In this document: one piece after another, positions 38,387-47,194 of the stretch
Layout of the letters: each line of letters opens with the position of its first letter
Position numbering within the stretch: position 1 is the first letter of the stretch
Virus record (IMG/VR): IMGVR_UViG_3300045988_166360
Location: 3,753-67,752 of that record
Strand: one strand, 5' to 3'
Origin: a virus
DNA length: 64,000 nt
The notes under the pieces: generated by a model
Databases searched by the model: none
Told to the model about the DNA's origin: nothing
Seen by the model: the letters and a program-made list of their open reading frames with translations, nothing else
Position numbers and translations under genes: made by a program

Positions 38387-39643
38387 ATGGCTAATTCTCC
38401 TAACGACATTCAGGCCCAGGACCTCAAGTTGGTCACGATGACCAACCTTCTTAACGCCACTATGTACAGCACGTTTGCTCGTACTTCCCCCTGGAACTCC
38501 CAGATGATTATGTCTGGCGAGTGGACGGACGGCGTTGGTGACTCCGGGCGTATCGCAACCTTCGGTGCTACGGACCCCCGTCCCGAATGGATGAACATCA
38601 GTCTTAACTCTACTTCTGACCAGATTCCGATTACGGTCAATGACACGGGTGCTACTATCTACTCCTACAGCCGCTTCATTACGCGCCTGGCTTCCCAGAA
38701 ACTGGACGTGCTTCGTATGCGCCAGTCCTGGCAGGCTCAGCAACAGGCCGAAAACGTGGTTAAGCAGTTGGTCCGAGCTGTGGGCAACACCTGGTCCCGT
38801 TTCTACCGTCAGAGCTACATCAACATTGCGTCCTACAAGCTTATCCCCACGAAGGCGGGCATTGTCGGTCTCGATGTGGTAAGCAACGACATCAACTCCA
38901 TGCCGGAAGTTAAGCCGGAAGCCGCGCTTAACGACAACCTGATGAACCAGGTATGGCAGGTCCTCATCAATGAAGGAGCAGGCGAATCCGCGGCTTTCAT
39001 GGACCAGGGTTCCCCGGTGTTCCTGGCTTACACCTCCAAGGATACGGTTGACTTTATCCTGCGTGAAAACCAGATTATCCACAAGGACTGGAACTTTGCC
39101 GAAGCGGCTGAGGGTAAGGAAGCTACTCTGCTTCGCCAGCTTGGCGTGAAGTGGACGTACAAGGGCTTCACCTATATCGTGGACAACATGAACCCCCGCT
39201 ATACTTTCGATGACACCAAGCCGACCGGGCAGAAGTGGGTGGAAGTTCCGCAGTACATCAAGTCCGAAACGGCTGTGGGTTCCCGTTATGTCCCGAACCC
39301 GGCTTACCTGAACGCGCCGTATGAGGACACCATTGTGTTCGTCAAGGACGTGTACAAGTCTCTGGTTCCCCGTCCGGTTTCCGCTTATGGCCAGGCCAAG
39401 TGGGACCCCGTAACCTACGCGGGCGAACTGACCTGGGTAAACAACAAGGACAACAACGGCAACTATATGGGCACTCAGGGCCTGTTTATTGCCACGCTGT
39501 CTGCGGCCCCGATGCCTGTTTTCCCGCGTCACGGCGTTGTCATTCGTCACATCCGCACGACTTCAGGTCGTGACCTGGTAGATGCGAATGGCCAGCCCAT
39601 TGGTTCCCTGGTCAGCACTCCTTCCGCAGTTGCTGGTCTGTAA
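38387..39643 (+). CDS. Major capsid protein (candidate)
   Basis: 418 aa, follows scaffold, preceded by long leader, followed by strong terminator; assignment by synteny. Confidence 0.55.
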   Translation: MANSPNDIQAQDLKLVTMTNLLNATMYSTFARTSPWNSQMIMSGEWTDGVGDSGRIATFGATDPRPEWMNISLNSTSDQIPITVNDTGATIYSYSRFITRLASQKLDVLRMRQSWQAQQQAENVVKQLVRAVGNTWSRFYRQSYINIASYKLIPTKAGIVGLDVVSNDINSMPEVKPEAALNDNLMNQVWQVLINEGAGESAAFMDQGSPVFLAYTSKDTVDFILRENQIIHKDWNFAEAAEGKEATLLRQLGVKWTYKGFTYIVDNMNPRYTFDDTKPTGQKWVEVPQYIKSETAVGSRYVPNPAYLNAPYEDTIVFVKDVYKSLVPRPVSAYGQAKWDPVTYAGELTWVNNKDNNGNYMGTQGLFIATLSAAPMPVFPRHGVVIRHIRTTSGRDLVDANGQPIGSLVSTPSAVAGL

Positions 39644-39666
39644 TCTAAACCCTTAACTCAGTAACC

Positions 39667-39705
39667 GGGGCGGGTGGGATATTCCTGCCCGCCCCATATT
39701 TTTTA
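39667..39705 (+). terminator. Intrinsic terminator GGGGCGGG..CCCGCCCC + ATATTTTTT
   Basis: Perfect 8-bp GC stem, T-run. Confidence 0.6.
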
Positions 39706-39711
39706 AGTCAA

Positions 39712-39990
39712 ATGAAAATTGCTTACGACCCTGAAAAGTTCGGTGAACTTAAACCCGGAGACGATGTGCAAGTCATGGGTGTTGGTGTAGTTTCCGACGA
39801 CGGTAAATCCATTGAAATCGTTTCTATCGAAGACCAGGAACTGGATGAGAGTGACGAGGACGAGAAGGATGACGAGGAATCCGAGGAAGAAACCGAATCC
39901 CCTAAAAAAGTAACCGAAGAAGAAACGGATGAAGAACTGGCAGAAGGGGCAGACCTTGATGCCATTATTGCGTCCGGTTTTGGCAGATAA
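39712..39990 (+). CDS. Small protein with strongly acidic C-terminal tail (92 aa)
   Basis: ELDESDEDEKDDEESEEETE tail; could be decoration/connector or DNA-mimic-like. Confidence 0.45.
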   Translation: MKIAYDPEKFGELKPGDDVQVMGVGVVSDDGKSIEIVSIEDQELDESDEDEKDDEESEEETESPKKVTEEETDEELAEGADLDAIIASGFGR

Positions 39991-40008
39991 ACTTTAAAGT
40001 TTTAGTAT

Positions 40009-40539
40009 ATGGCTTCCATCACTTTCCCCACGGCATCCCCGGTAACTTTGAATTCCGGGGAAGAATATACCACGGAAATCGCGGATAAGAGCGACTACAT
40101 TCTTATGTTCACTTTGGACCGGGGTACTGGTTCCCTCCTGATTCAGAACTCATCTACACTGGTAGATGGAACGGACGTGTTTAACCGCCCCCTGCTTCTG
40201 AAACAGTTGGATTCAGCCAGTGCCCCGAACATTAAAGCTACGGCTACTTTGGCCGAAGCGGTTATCACTCTTTCCGTAGTTAAAGCACCTGCTTCTGAAT
40301 ACGGAACTGTTTCATGCACTCCTGGCGTTAAACATCAAGTGAGCCTTTCCGTAGATTCAGCCGAACCGGAAACTTCTTCCGCGGTTATTTACTTCGGAGA
40401 CTCTCTGGATGCCGCGGTTTCCTCTGTTTACGTGCATGACGGAGACCTCATTATTCCTCCTGAAGACAATGCAGTCGTTCCTCTCAACAGGGGAATTTTG
40501 CTTACCCCCCTTGTCGAACAAACTAAAGCTCAAGCTTAA
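40009..40539 (+). CDS. Virion structural protein, beta-rich (176 aa)
   Basis: Ser/Thr/Val/Ala-rich Ig-like composition; between MCP and tail fibre. Confidence 0.45.
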   Translation: MASITFPTASPVTLNSGEEYTTEIADKSDYILMFTLDRGTGSLLIQNSSTLVDGTDVFNRPLLLKQLDSASAPNIKATATLAEAVITLSVVKAPASEYGTVSCTPGVKHQVSLSVDSAEPETSSAVIYFGDSLDAAVSSVYVHDGDLIIPPEDNAVVPLNRGILLTPLVEQTKAQA

Positions 40540-40558
40540 CCCTTAACAATTTTAAATT

Positions 40559-41524
40559 ATGCCTGCAACCAATCTTCCCATTCCCGCAGAAAACGCCGCC
40601 ATCAACCGCGGCGAACTGTACCAGCTTACGGGCCTCACCGCAAGCACCCGGTACCAGTTTGTAATCAGTTCTACTAAAAACCCTTCTGTCACAATCGCAA
40701 AAGAAGAAGCCCTGACCACTATCCAGGCACAGGGCAATTTTAACGGAACCCCGTTTTATTTCACCACGGACGCTGGACAAACCTCAGCCTATTTGCTGGT
40801 GAACGCGCTGGAAGGAGCTGTTATTACGTTGAACATGAAGGCTGACCCCATCCCGTCTCCTTCTTCCGTTACGCTTCCCAATACGCTGGACCCCGACAAG
40901 TGGTACGTGGTGACGGGTTTGACCAACGGTGCCCTCTATGAACTGGCCGTAAGTTCCGATGCCCCGGTAACTGTGTTTTCCAAAACTGGAACCGCCCTGG
41001 CGACTGCGGTGGAAAATCCCCCGCTTATGACCCAGGCGGGCTCTATCCAGTTCCAGACTACGGGAACTTCCGCGTGGCTGTATGTGGACGGGGCTTTCCC
41101 GGCCAACGTCAGTCTGAAACCCTTCACTGGCGTGGTGGGTTCCGTGCCTCCCCAGGTTACTCAACTTAATTCGACCACCCTTACTGTAGCTCTTCAGGGC
41201 CCCGCTCCTGCCGGGTATTATTTCCTGGATGTTGTTACGGAAGCCGGGTCTAATGCCAATTCCGATGGAACCCTTACCACGAATGTAACTCCGACTTACC
41301 AGGCCTGGACAGGGTTGAAATCCGGGGCTATGCTGGAACCTTTGACTCCCGCCAACAGCAAAGTAACTGCGACGGATATTCAAGGACGCATGATGTTCAG
41401 TTCGGGAGCCGTTCTGGGTAGTGGCCAGAGCACGACGCTTGTCACTCTGACCGTACCAACCGGAGGCACTCCGCAGGAATTTAGCGGGACTGCCGTGGTC
41501 ACTTTTGCCGGGAACATTTCTTAG
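40559..41524 (+). CDS. Virion structural protein, beta-rich (321 aa)
   Basis: As above. Confidence 0.45.
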   Translation: MPATNLPIPAENAAINRGELYQLTGLTASTRYQFVISSTKNPSVTIAKEEALTTIQAQGNFNGTPFYFTTDAGQTSAYLLVNALEGAVITLNMKADPIPSPSSVTLPNTLDPDKWYVVTGLTNGALYELAVSSDAPVTVFSKTGTALATAVENPPLMTQAGSIQFQTTGTSAWLYVDGAFPANVSLKPFTGVVGSVPPQVTQLNSTTLTVALQGPAPAGYYFLDVVTEAGSNANSDGTLTTNVTPTYQAWTGLKSGAMLEPLTPANSKVTATDIQGRMMFSSGAVLGSGQSTTLVTLTVPTGGTPQEFSGTAVVTFAGNIS

Positions 41525-41543
41525 CACCCAATCCATTTAACCT

Positions 41544-41572
41544 TGACACACATGGACCCATTGACCTATAGT
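41544..41572 (+). promoter_or_regulatory. Sigma70-like promoter TTGACA-N18-TATAGT
   Basis: Read directly upstream of tail-fibre gene; overlapped by palindrome 41554-41582. Confidence 0.4.
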
Positions 41573-41582
41573 CAATGGGTCC
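41554..41582. promoter_or_regulatory. Perfect 12-bp-arm palindrome GGACCCATTGAC-ctata-GTCAATGGGTCC overlapping the -10
   Basis: Read directly; candidate operator or terminator for upstream gene. Confidence 0.35.
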
Positions 41583-41601
41583 GAACTTTTGAATTCTTTT
41601 T

Positions 41602-43380
41602 ATGGATATTAACGACTATATAAACGGGACTCCTATTGAGCCGGGGGTTACGTACAAACTGGGGAATGCGGATGCCAATACCGCGTGGACCCTGGTTTCC
41701 GACCGCCCGTGCCTCTTTAAGCTGTCAGCCACGGCACCCACGGATTCCGCGTGGTCCAATGTCACGGAGGAACAATATATCATTAACGGAGACGTTTCCA
41801 ATCAGGTTATTGAAATCACGTCTCCCAATGGCAAGTATTTTGTCGTAGCCACCCATGACCAGGATTCCGCGGCTACCGTGGAATCCGCGTATGCTACGGT
41901 GTCTCTTAAGCCGTTGGGTTTCAATGTAGAGGACTCATATGAAACAACTCCGTTGAATGGAGACGGCCCGGTAACTGAAGGCTTTTATAAGATTTCCAAC
42001 CTTGAATCCGGCAAGCTTTATTCCTTCAACGTAACCCCCGACGCGGGCGGCCTTAAGGCTACCAATCCCTCGCCGGAGTATGCTTTCTCCCTGTTCAGCG
42101 TAGATGGAAGCAACAATCCCAAGGCATTACTGGCCGCAGGGATTACGGAATGCCAGCTGGTATTTGTAGCCACGGAATCCACGGCAGTGCTGAACCTGTC
42201 CTCCACGCTTCCCGACAGCGAGTTTTTTGTCTGCATCCGAAATTTTAGTTTAGGCTCTGGTGGTTCCGGGTTCGACCCTTCTTCTGACCAGAGTATCACC
42301 GGAGCCTGGACCTTCTCCAATATTACCGTACCTACTCCCACGGCCTCTGGACAAGCGGCTAACAAGGGTTACGTGGATTCGAACTTCGTTTCGAAGTCTA
42401 ATAATGAAACTATTGCAGGTGTTAAGACTTTTTCTTCGCCGCCTGTAGTTCCCAGTCCGACTGCGAATAATCAGGCCGCGCCGAAAAGCTATGTCGATTC
42501 CGCAGTAGATTCTGTTCACGAGTTTGACCCCGCAGAAGCCCAAAACATTACCGGGTCTTGGAGCTTTTCGGATGGATTGACCAGAACCACAAAAGCATCC
42601 CCTGCAAATACAGATATCATGAATAAGGAAATGAGTGATGCTGTATATGTACCTAAAGCGGGGGATTCTACTGTAGAGGGCACTAAAACCTTTTCCGGTT
42701 CAATTACCTTAGCTAATGAGGCTCCACTTGTTTTAGGGACAGGAACGGAGGCCGTAAAAATTTCGGGGTCAGGAACCGGGTCTGCTGTTATTGAAGGAGG
42801 CAACGATGCAACTTTGGATGTAGCTGTTCCCGTATCATTACAGGAAACCGTAGCGATAACCAAGTTTACTTCAGATATATCTGAAATACCTTCTGCTCAG
42901 TCTCCGGTTACTCTGTGGGAACTTCAGAGCTTGAACGACGGTTGTTTGATAACTCAAACAATCCCTAGCGGGAATCTCACTCTTACGGCTAAGGCATTTA
43001 CTTCTGGTATAACTATTCAAAATAATGGATGGGCTATTACCAATAGTGCAGGACAATGCAACGGAGGTTACATTTTTCGAGGGGGAGTTACTTTTAGTCA
43101 AACTATTACAGTAGCTCAAACTGCTACCTTTAATGGTTCGGTAACGTTAGGCAACTCAGCCAAGATTTCTGGCCCTACACTGGACGAGTCGGCTATTTCT
43201 GACACGACATATATCCCTGTAGGCAACTCTGACCAGAAATATATCAAGTATAAGGAACTGACTAAAGCAGATTACGATGCTTTAGAAACGAAAAGCAATT
43301 CAACTATTTACTTTTTAACTGACCAGACTATGTGGGCTATCGGCACCAAGGAATTGGTGACTTCCGATATGCCCGCTTGA
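41602..43380 (+). CDS. Tail fibre protein
   Basis: Repeated G-x-W-x-F-S...P..xx(Q/N)AA(N/P)K(G/S)YVD segments (ITGAWTFSN...ANKGYVD; AGVKTFSSPP...APKSYVD; ITGSWSFSD) typical of phage tail-fibre repeats; 592 aa. Confidence 0.6.
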   Translation: MDINDYINGTPIEPGVTYKLGNADANTAWTLVSDRPCLFKLSATAPTDSAWSNVTEEQYIINGDVSNQVIEITSPNGKYFVVATHDQDSAATVESAYATVSLKPLGFNVEDSYETTPLNGDGPVTEGFYKISNLESGKLYSFNVTPDAGGLKATNPSPEYAFSLFSVDGSNNPKALLAAGITECQLVFVATESTAVLNLSSTLPDSEFFVCIRNFSLGSGGSGFDPSSDQSITGAWTFSNITVPTPTASGQAANKGYVDSNFVSKSNNETIAGVKTFSSPPVVPSPTANNQAAPKSYVDSAVDSVHEFDPAEAQNITGSWSFSDGLTRTTKASPANTDIMNKEMSDAVYVPKAGDSTVEGTKTFSGSITLANEAPLVLGTGTEAVKISGSGTGSAVIEGGNDATLDVAVPVSLQETVAITKFTSDISEIPSAQSPVTLWELQSLNDGCLITQTIPSGNLTLTAKAFTSGITIQNNGWAITNSAGQCNGGYIFRGGVTFSQTITVAQTATFNGSVTLGNSAKISGPTLDESAISDTTYIPVGNSDQKYIKYKELTKADYDALETKSNSTIYFLTDQTMWAIGTKELVTSDMPA

Positions 43381-43383
43381 TGT

Positions 43384-43410
43384 GGGGGGGGGAGCTATTC
43401 CCCCCCCCCC
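43384..43410. repeat. Homopolymer pair G9 ... C11 forming potential hairpin downstream of tail-fibre stop
   Basis: Read directly (43384-43392 G9; 43400-43410 C11). Confidence 0.8.
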
Positions 43411-43438
43411 ACGGAACTAATTTACTGCAACAAAAGAC

Positions 43439-43927
43439 ATGAATAACTACACCCATTTTGCATATCTCACCAGCGCAGAAACCAAGGGTATTGTGGCCCC
43501 GGTTGTAGCGTTGCCCGCCGAAGCCCCGGAAGGGTTTTATAAGATTAAACTTTGGTTTGGCCCTGAAACTTCTTCTAGTGCTGGTTCTCAACCCTGTGAT
43601 ATTTGGATTACTACTACCTCTAGTAGCGTTTCCTTGCCTGACATCTCTTCAAATACGAGCAATTTAAGTGTTTCTCTAAATAGAGCCTCCCAGCTGTTAG
43701 TGAAAGGGTTGGATGGCAATATTTATACCTGTGGTTTTACCTCAATGGAGAGGTTTACTTATCCAGCCGACTCTGAACTGATAGGGGGAGAACTGCATGT
43801 TTACCATACTGCTTCTACTCCCGGTTCGGTGAAGTTGAGCTTTAAGGCATCCTCCGCCGAAGAAGAGCATGACGTAGTACGAGTGGCATTCTTCCAAATT
43901 AGTGGCCCTGTAAATCAATCTGAATAA
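43439..43927 (+). CDS. Small beta-rich protein, paralog 1 (162 aa)
   Basis: Shares LPAEAP(E/S)G(F/W)Y(K/E)(I/V) N-terminal motif with 43944..44372. Confidence 0.45.
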   Translation: MNNYTHFAYLTSAETKGIVAPVVALPAEAPEGFYKIKLWFGPETSSSAGSQPCDIWITTTSSSVSLPDISSNTSNLSVSLNRASQLLVKGLDGNIYTCGFTSMERFTYPADSELIGGELHVYHTASTPGSVKLSFKASSAEEEHDVVRVAFFQISGPVNQSE

Positions 43928-43943
43928 GTTCTAAGGAGAAATC

Positions 43944-44372
43944 ATGTATATAAAATTTATCAACCTTACGGCACAATCTACTAACGAAACAGATATTGCC
44001 ACCCTACCAGCCGAAGCTCCTTCTGGATGGTATGAAGTAGAGATTCCTGGGGGAGTTGCTTCCTATGCGTACAACGTTCAAGCGCATGGTCAAGGTTCCG
44101 GTGCTTATCAAGATTCCTTTCTTTCGATTCTTTATCAAGCAAACCCCTGCCTTCTTTTGTCAGGTGCAAGTTTGAGTGTTTTGTCTTCGAACTATGACTC
44201 CGAAACCAACTCCGTTATGTGGTCTGTGCCGAACGGAACTACTTTGGTTCAAATGAGATGCTTCTTCAAGCATGTTCAAGGAACAGAAACGCCTTTGGTT
44301 TCCTTGATGGGGCTTAATGTTTTTACTTCGGGAAACTATGTGAAAACCGTTATAGTTCGTCAATTAGCTTAG
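43944..44372 (+). CDS. Small beta-rich protein, paralog 2 (142 aa)
   Basis: See above; has AAGGAG SD 7 nt upstream (rare in this genome). Confidence 0.45.
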   Translation: MYIKFINLTAQSTNETDIATLPAEAPSGWYEVEIPGGVASYAYNVQAHGQGSGAYQDSFLSILYQANPCLLLSGASLSVLSSNYDSETNSVMWSVPNGTTLVQMRCFFKHVQGTETPLVSLMGLNVFTSGNYVKTVIVRQLA

Positions 44373-44377
44373 TTTTT

Positions 44378-44734
44378 ATGAACTCTTTCATAACTATTAT
44401 TTATCCAGATTTGGGTAATTTTAATCTTGCCACAATTTTTTTACTTGGAAAAGACGATTCCGGCAATGTGCTGTCTTCTTCCTGGGAGCTGTCGGACTTG
44501 TCGGAAAGTCAAAGAGAAGCTTATAACACTCTGGTGGAAGCTATCAAATCAGAACAGGAGCTTTGGACTGTCAGCCAGGGGTGGATTTATCCCGGGTATA
44601 AAGACGGAACATTGACTGAATTGATTCTAAAATTAGAAGCCGTTTCTGATTCAGGAAACCGTTTCCTTCTGCCCGACAGGACTACTTCGGACCCTGCCTA
44701 TCTTAATTTGTACTCTTCATTTATAGCCTCATGA
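44378..44734 (+). CDS. Hypothetical protein (118 aa)
   Basis: ORF only. Confidence 0.4.
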   Translation: MNSFITIIYPDLGNFNLATIFLLGKDDSGNVLSSSWELSDLSESQREAYNTLVEAIKSEQELWTVSQGWIYPGYKDGTLTELILKLEAVSDSGNRFLLPDRTTSDPAYLNLYSSFIAS

Positions 44735-44832
44735 CCTTAAAGGAATTGCTTGAACTACTTACAAACCGCCGAAAATGAAAAAAGGAAAAGGTAAAGGAAA
44801 AGGTAAAGGGTGCGGTAAATAACGCACGTCAA

Positions 44833-44861
44833 CCCCGGAGGGCATCCCCTCCGGGGTTTTT
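44833..44861 (+). terminator. Intrinsic terminator CCCCGGAGGG-catc-CCCTCCGGGG + TTTTT
   Basis: Perfect 10-bp stem, 4-nt loop, U-run. Confidence 0.65.
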
Positions 44862-44893
44862 GTCATACAGAAATAATAATGTTGACAAAAAGC
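44857..44893 (+). promoter_or_regulatory. Early promoter-like motif copy 5 on plus strand (TTTTTGTCATACagaaataataatGTTGACAAAAAGC)
   Basis: Same motif as minus-strand early promoters, here 24 nt upstream of ATG 44917. Confidence 0.4.
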
Positions 44894-44916
44894 AATTGTC
44901 AGATAAATTGAGAGAC

Positions 44917-45243
44917 ATGGAGTACGACTCTACATCTAAAAATATTGTGGTAGTTCAAGACTTAACCAATGGTCTTGGGCATATTATTGAGAGTAATAAT
45001 AACAAAGAATCCGGTACAAAGAAGCGGGCTTATGTTGAATTTCCTTCAGCCCCACTTCCAGTGCCTTTGCCCTCCATGAGTTGGAATGAAGCTGATAAGA
45101 CGGAAGAAGCTTTTCGTATCACCCGACTTCATGACTCTTCATTAGCCCCAGACCAGGAACTTTCAGAGTCAGAATCACAAATTAAGGAAGAAGTGAAATG
45201 GACTACTGAATGGGCAAAGGAACAATTGAATGAACAAAATTAA
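44917..45243 (+). CDS. Hypothetical protein (108 aa; first ATG of track ORF 44860..45243, which begins at a TTG)
   Basis: ATG 44917 downstream of promoter-like motif; AT-rich codon usage. Confidence 0.4.
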   Translation: MEYDSTSKNIVVVQDLTNGLGHIIESNNNKESGTKKRAYVEFPSAPLPVPLPSMSWNEADKTEEAFRITRLHDSSLAPDQELSESESQIKEEVKWTTEWAKEQLNEQN

Positions 45244-45652
45244 AATGAAAATACAAAATAGACTATTCCAAAAAGGGGACACGGTGCGGTTCATAAATCA
45301 AGGGAGGATTCTCTCTCCACCGTTCGATTATGATAAAACGTATACAGTAACCCAAAAGGAAACAGAAACTGGGATAGTATATATTGATGGCTGTGGCATT
45401 TCATACGCCCTGCTGGAAGTGGTCGAGCCCGTTGAAAATATTTATCCTCTTGTATTTCATGAGGCAGTAAAATATCTGATGGAAGGACATATTCTGGAAA
45501 GATTGTCGCCTGTAAGTGAGGCTAAATTTCAGATACGTATGATTGATGGTCACATTCAAAGCAGAGACAGTGAATCTACTGATGACATAGATTGGTGCCC
45601 TTGTGTGCTCGATGACGAAGATGTTATGTCCAGGTGGAAAATTGTTGACTAA
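45230..45652 (+). CDS. Small protein with KGDxVRF KOW/SH3-like motif (paralog family)
   Basis: FQKGDTVRF motif shared with 45671 and 46241 ORFs. Confidence 0.4.
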   Translation: MNKIKMKIQNRLFQKGDTVRFINQGRILSPPFDYDKTYTVTQKETETGIVYIDGCGISYALLEVVEPVENIYPLVFHEAVKYLMEGHILERLSPVSEAKFQIRMIDGHIQSRDSESTDDIDWCPCVLDDEDVMSRWKIVD

Positions 45653-45670
45653 TTAACTAATTGAAACACA

Positions 45671-46234
45671 ATGAAGAGAGAAAATTGTAAACCAGGAACC
45701 GAAGTATTTATTCCAGGAACTGTACTTTCAAATGATAATTACCCGTCAACTCCCATAGAAGTGGTCCTGCAAAGGGGACCTGATGCTTGCACAATGTATT
45801 TTTCCCCGGATGTTTTGAAGCTGAAAGACCTTTTTCCGAAAAGAAAGTTTTATAAAAAGGATAAGGTGCGGTATATGCCCAGCGGACGAGAATGTTATAT
45901 CGTACCTCCAAAAACGGATAAGATATATGAAGTAGTTTCTAATGAAGATTCGGATGGCTGGATTTATATAAAAGGCCCTGATTTTAATAACTGTGTCAAA
46001 TGGTTTGACTTGGAGCTTATTGAACCCGCTGAATCCTTCGAAGACGTTTCTTCTTTTTCAGTATTAAAATATGAAGACGCTTATTTTCGTGTAGGGCGTG
46101 AGGGGCGTTATGTCTATGAAATTTGGTTTGGCCCCAGAGTAGACAGCCCCCTTACTGAAGAGGATGCTCGCCAGAAAGCACAGGAACTTTGTGATGAATT
46201 AAATCGCAAATATAATAAGAAGTTAAATAATTAA
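45671..46234 (+). CDS. Paralog-family protein: CKPGTxVF N-domain + KKDKVRY beta-motif (187 aa)
   Basis: MKRENCKPGTEVF...FPKRKFYKKDKVRY aligned with 46241 ORF MNRKECKPGTKVF...FPKKRKFRKGDKVRY. Confidence 0.45.
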   Translation: MKRENCKPGTEVFIPGTVLSNDNYPSTPIEVVLQRGPDACTMYFSPDVLKLKDLFPKRKFYKKDKVRYMPSGRECYIVPPKTDKIYEVVSNEDSDGWIYIKGPDFNNCVKWFDLELIEPAESFEDVSSFSVLKYEDAYFRVGREGRYVYEIWFGPRVDSPLTEEDARQKAQELCDELNRKYNKKLNN

Positions 46235-46240
46235 ATTACT

Positions 46241-46477
46241 ATGAACCGTAAAGAATGTAAGCCCGGCACGAAAGTATTTGTTGAAGCTGTTATTCTTCAG
46301 GATAAGGGAGGAACAACCTGCCCTATTGAAGTGTGCATAAAGTTCTTGCCTAATACCAGTGGCCCAGTATGTTGGGTTAATCCTGAGCAATTATTTCTGA
46401 TAGAAAATTTTCCAAAGAAAAGAAAGTTTCGTAAAGGAGATAAGGTAAGATATAAATCCTCGTATGGTTTGTTCTAA
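46241..46477 (+). CDS. Truncated paralog (78 aa) of 45671..46234
   Basis: Same N-domain then stop shortly after KGDKVRY; likely decayed tandem duplicate. Confidence 0.4.
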   Translation: MNRKECKPGTKVFVEAVILQDKGGTTCPIEVCIKFLPNTSGPVCWVNPEQLFLIENFPKKRKFRKGDKVRYKSSYGLF

Positions 46478-46547
46478 TTATCTTGGTTATTGTTTATGCC
46501 TGCTTGTATCTTATAGACAGGTTTAAATAAGTTCCTCTAAAATAATA

Positions 46548-46575
46548 TTCTTGACAAACCGAAACAGAGAACTAT
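46548..46575 (+). promoter_or_regulatory. Sigma70-like promoter TTGACA-N16-TATAAT (consensus hexamers)
   Basis: Read directly; 30 nt upstream of ATG 46606. Confidence 0.5.
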
Positions 46576-46605
46576 AATTCTTCAAACTTCTAACCATAAT
46601 CAATT

Positions 46606-47190
46606 ATGAATCTAAATAAGGTAGTACCTTCATGCTCTCATTGCCGTTACAGCGATTTAACTGCTGAAACTTTTCCATGTTCAACTTGTTCTGACGAGTA
46701 TGAACATTTCACACCAAAACCCGAATGCACTTCCTGTATCCACGGTAGCCGTTCATCCGGGGAACCTGCCTGCTCGGTATGCAATGATACGAAGGGAGAA
46801 GCAACCTCCGTCTGCAATGACTGTGAATATAACGGCACACCCCGTCTTACTTACCCCTGTACACGCTGTATGGCTAATCCTTTCAACATTGCTCTACAGA
46901 AAAGCGCGGAGGCTGGTTATCAAAAATTCGTGGATGAAATGAATTCCCGTCCGACCCCCTGTATTTGCGGAAAGGACCCGGAATATGTAGAAACAGTTAT
47001 TTATCCCGGAGAGGTCCACCGCTATGTGGTCTGCAATGGCGACTGCCCCGTACCCCATTCTCTGTCGGTCCACGGCGGCAATAGCCGGGAGGAAACCATT
47101 GGACGATGGAACACTTTTATTTTTAATCTTAAACAGAACAAAGAATTATATGTATACAGCAAACATACCCCTTTACGTCAAGCAGGTTAA
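46606..47190 (+). CDS. Cys-rich multi-zinc-ribbon protein (194 aa)
   Basis: At least six CxxC pairs (CSHC, CSTC, CTSC, CSVC, CNDC, CTRC). Confidence 0.45.
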   Translation: MNLNKVVPSCSHCRYSDLTAETFPCSTCSDEYEHFTPKPECTSCIHGSRSSGEPACSVCNDTKGEATSVCNDCEYNGTPRLTYPCTRCMANPFNIALQKSAEAGYQKFVDEMNSRPTPCICGKDPEYVETVIYPGEVHRYVVCNGDCPVPHSLSVHGGNSREETIGRWNTFIFNLKQNKELYVYSKHTPLRQAG

Positions 47191-47194
47191 ACAA

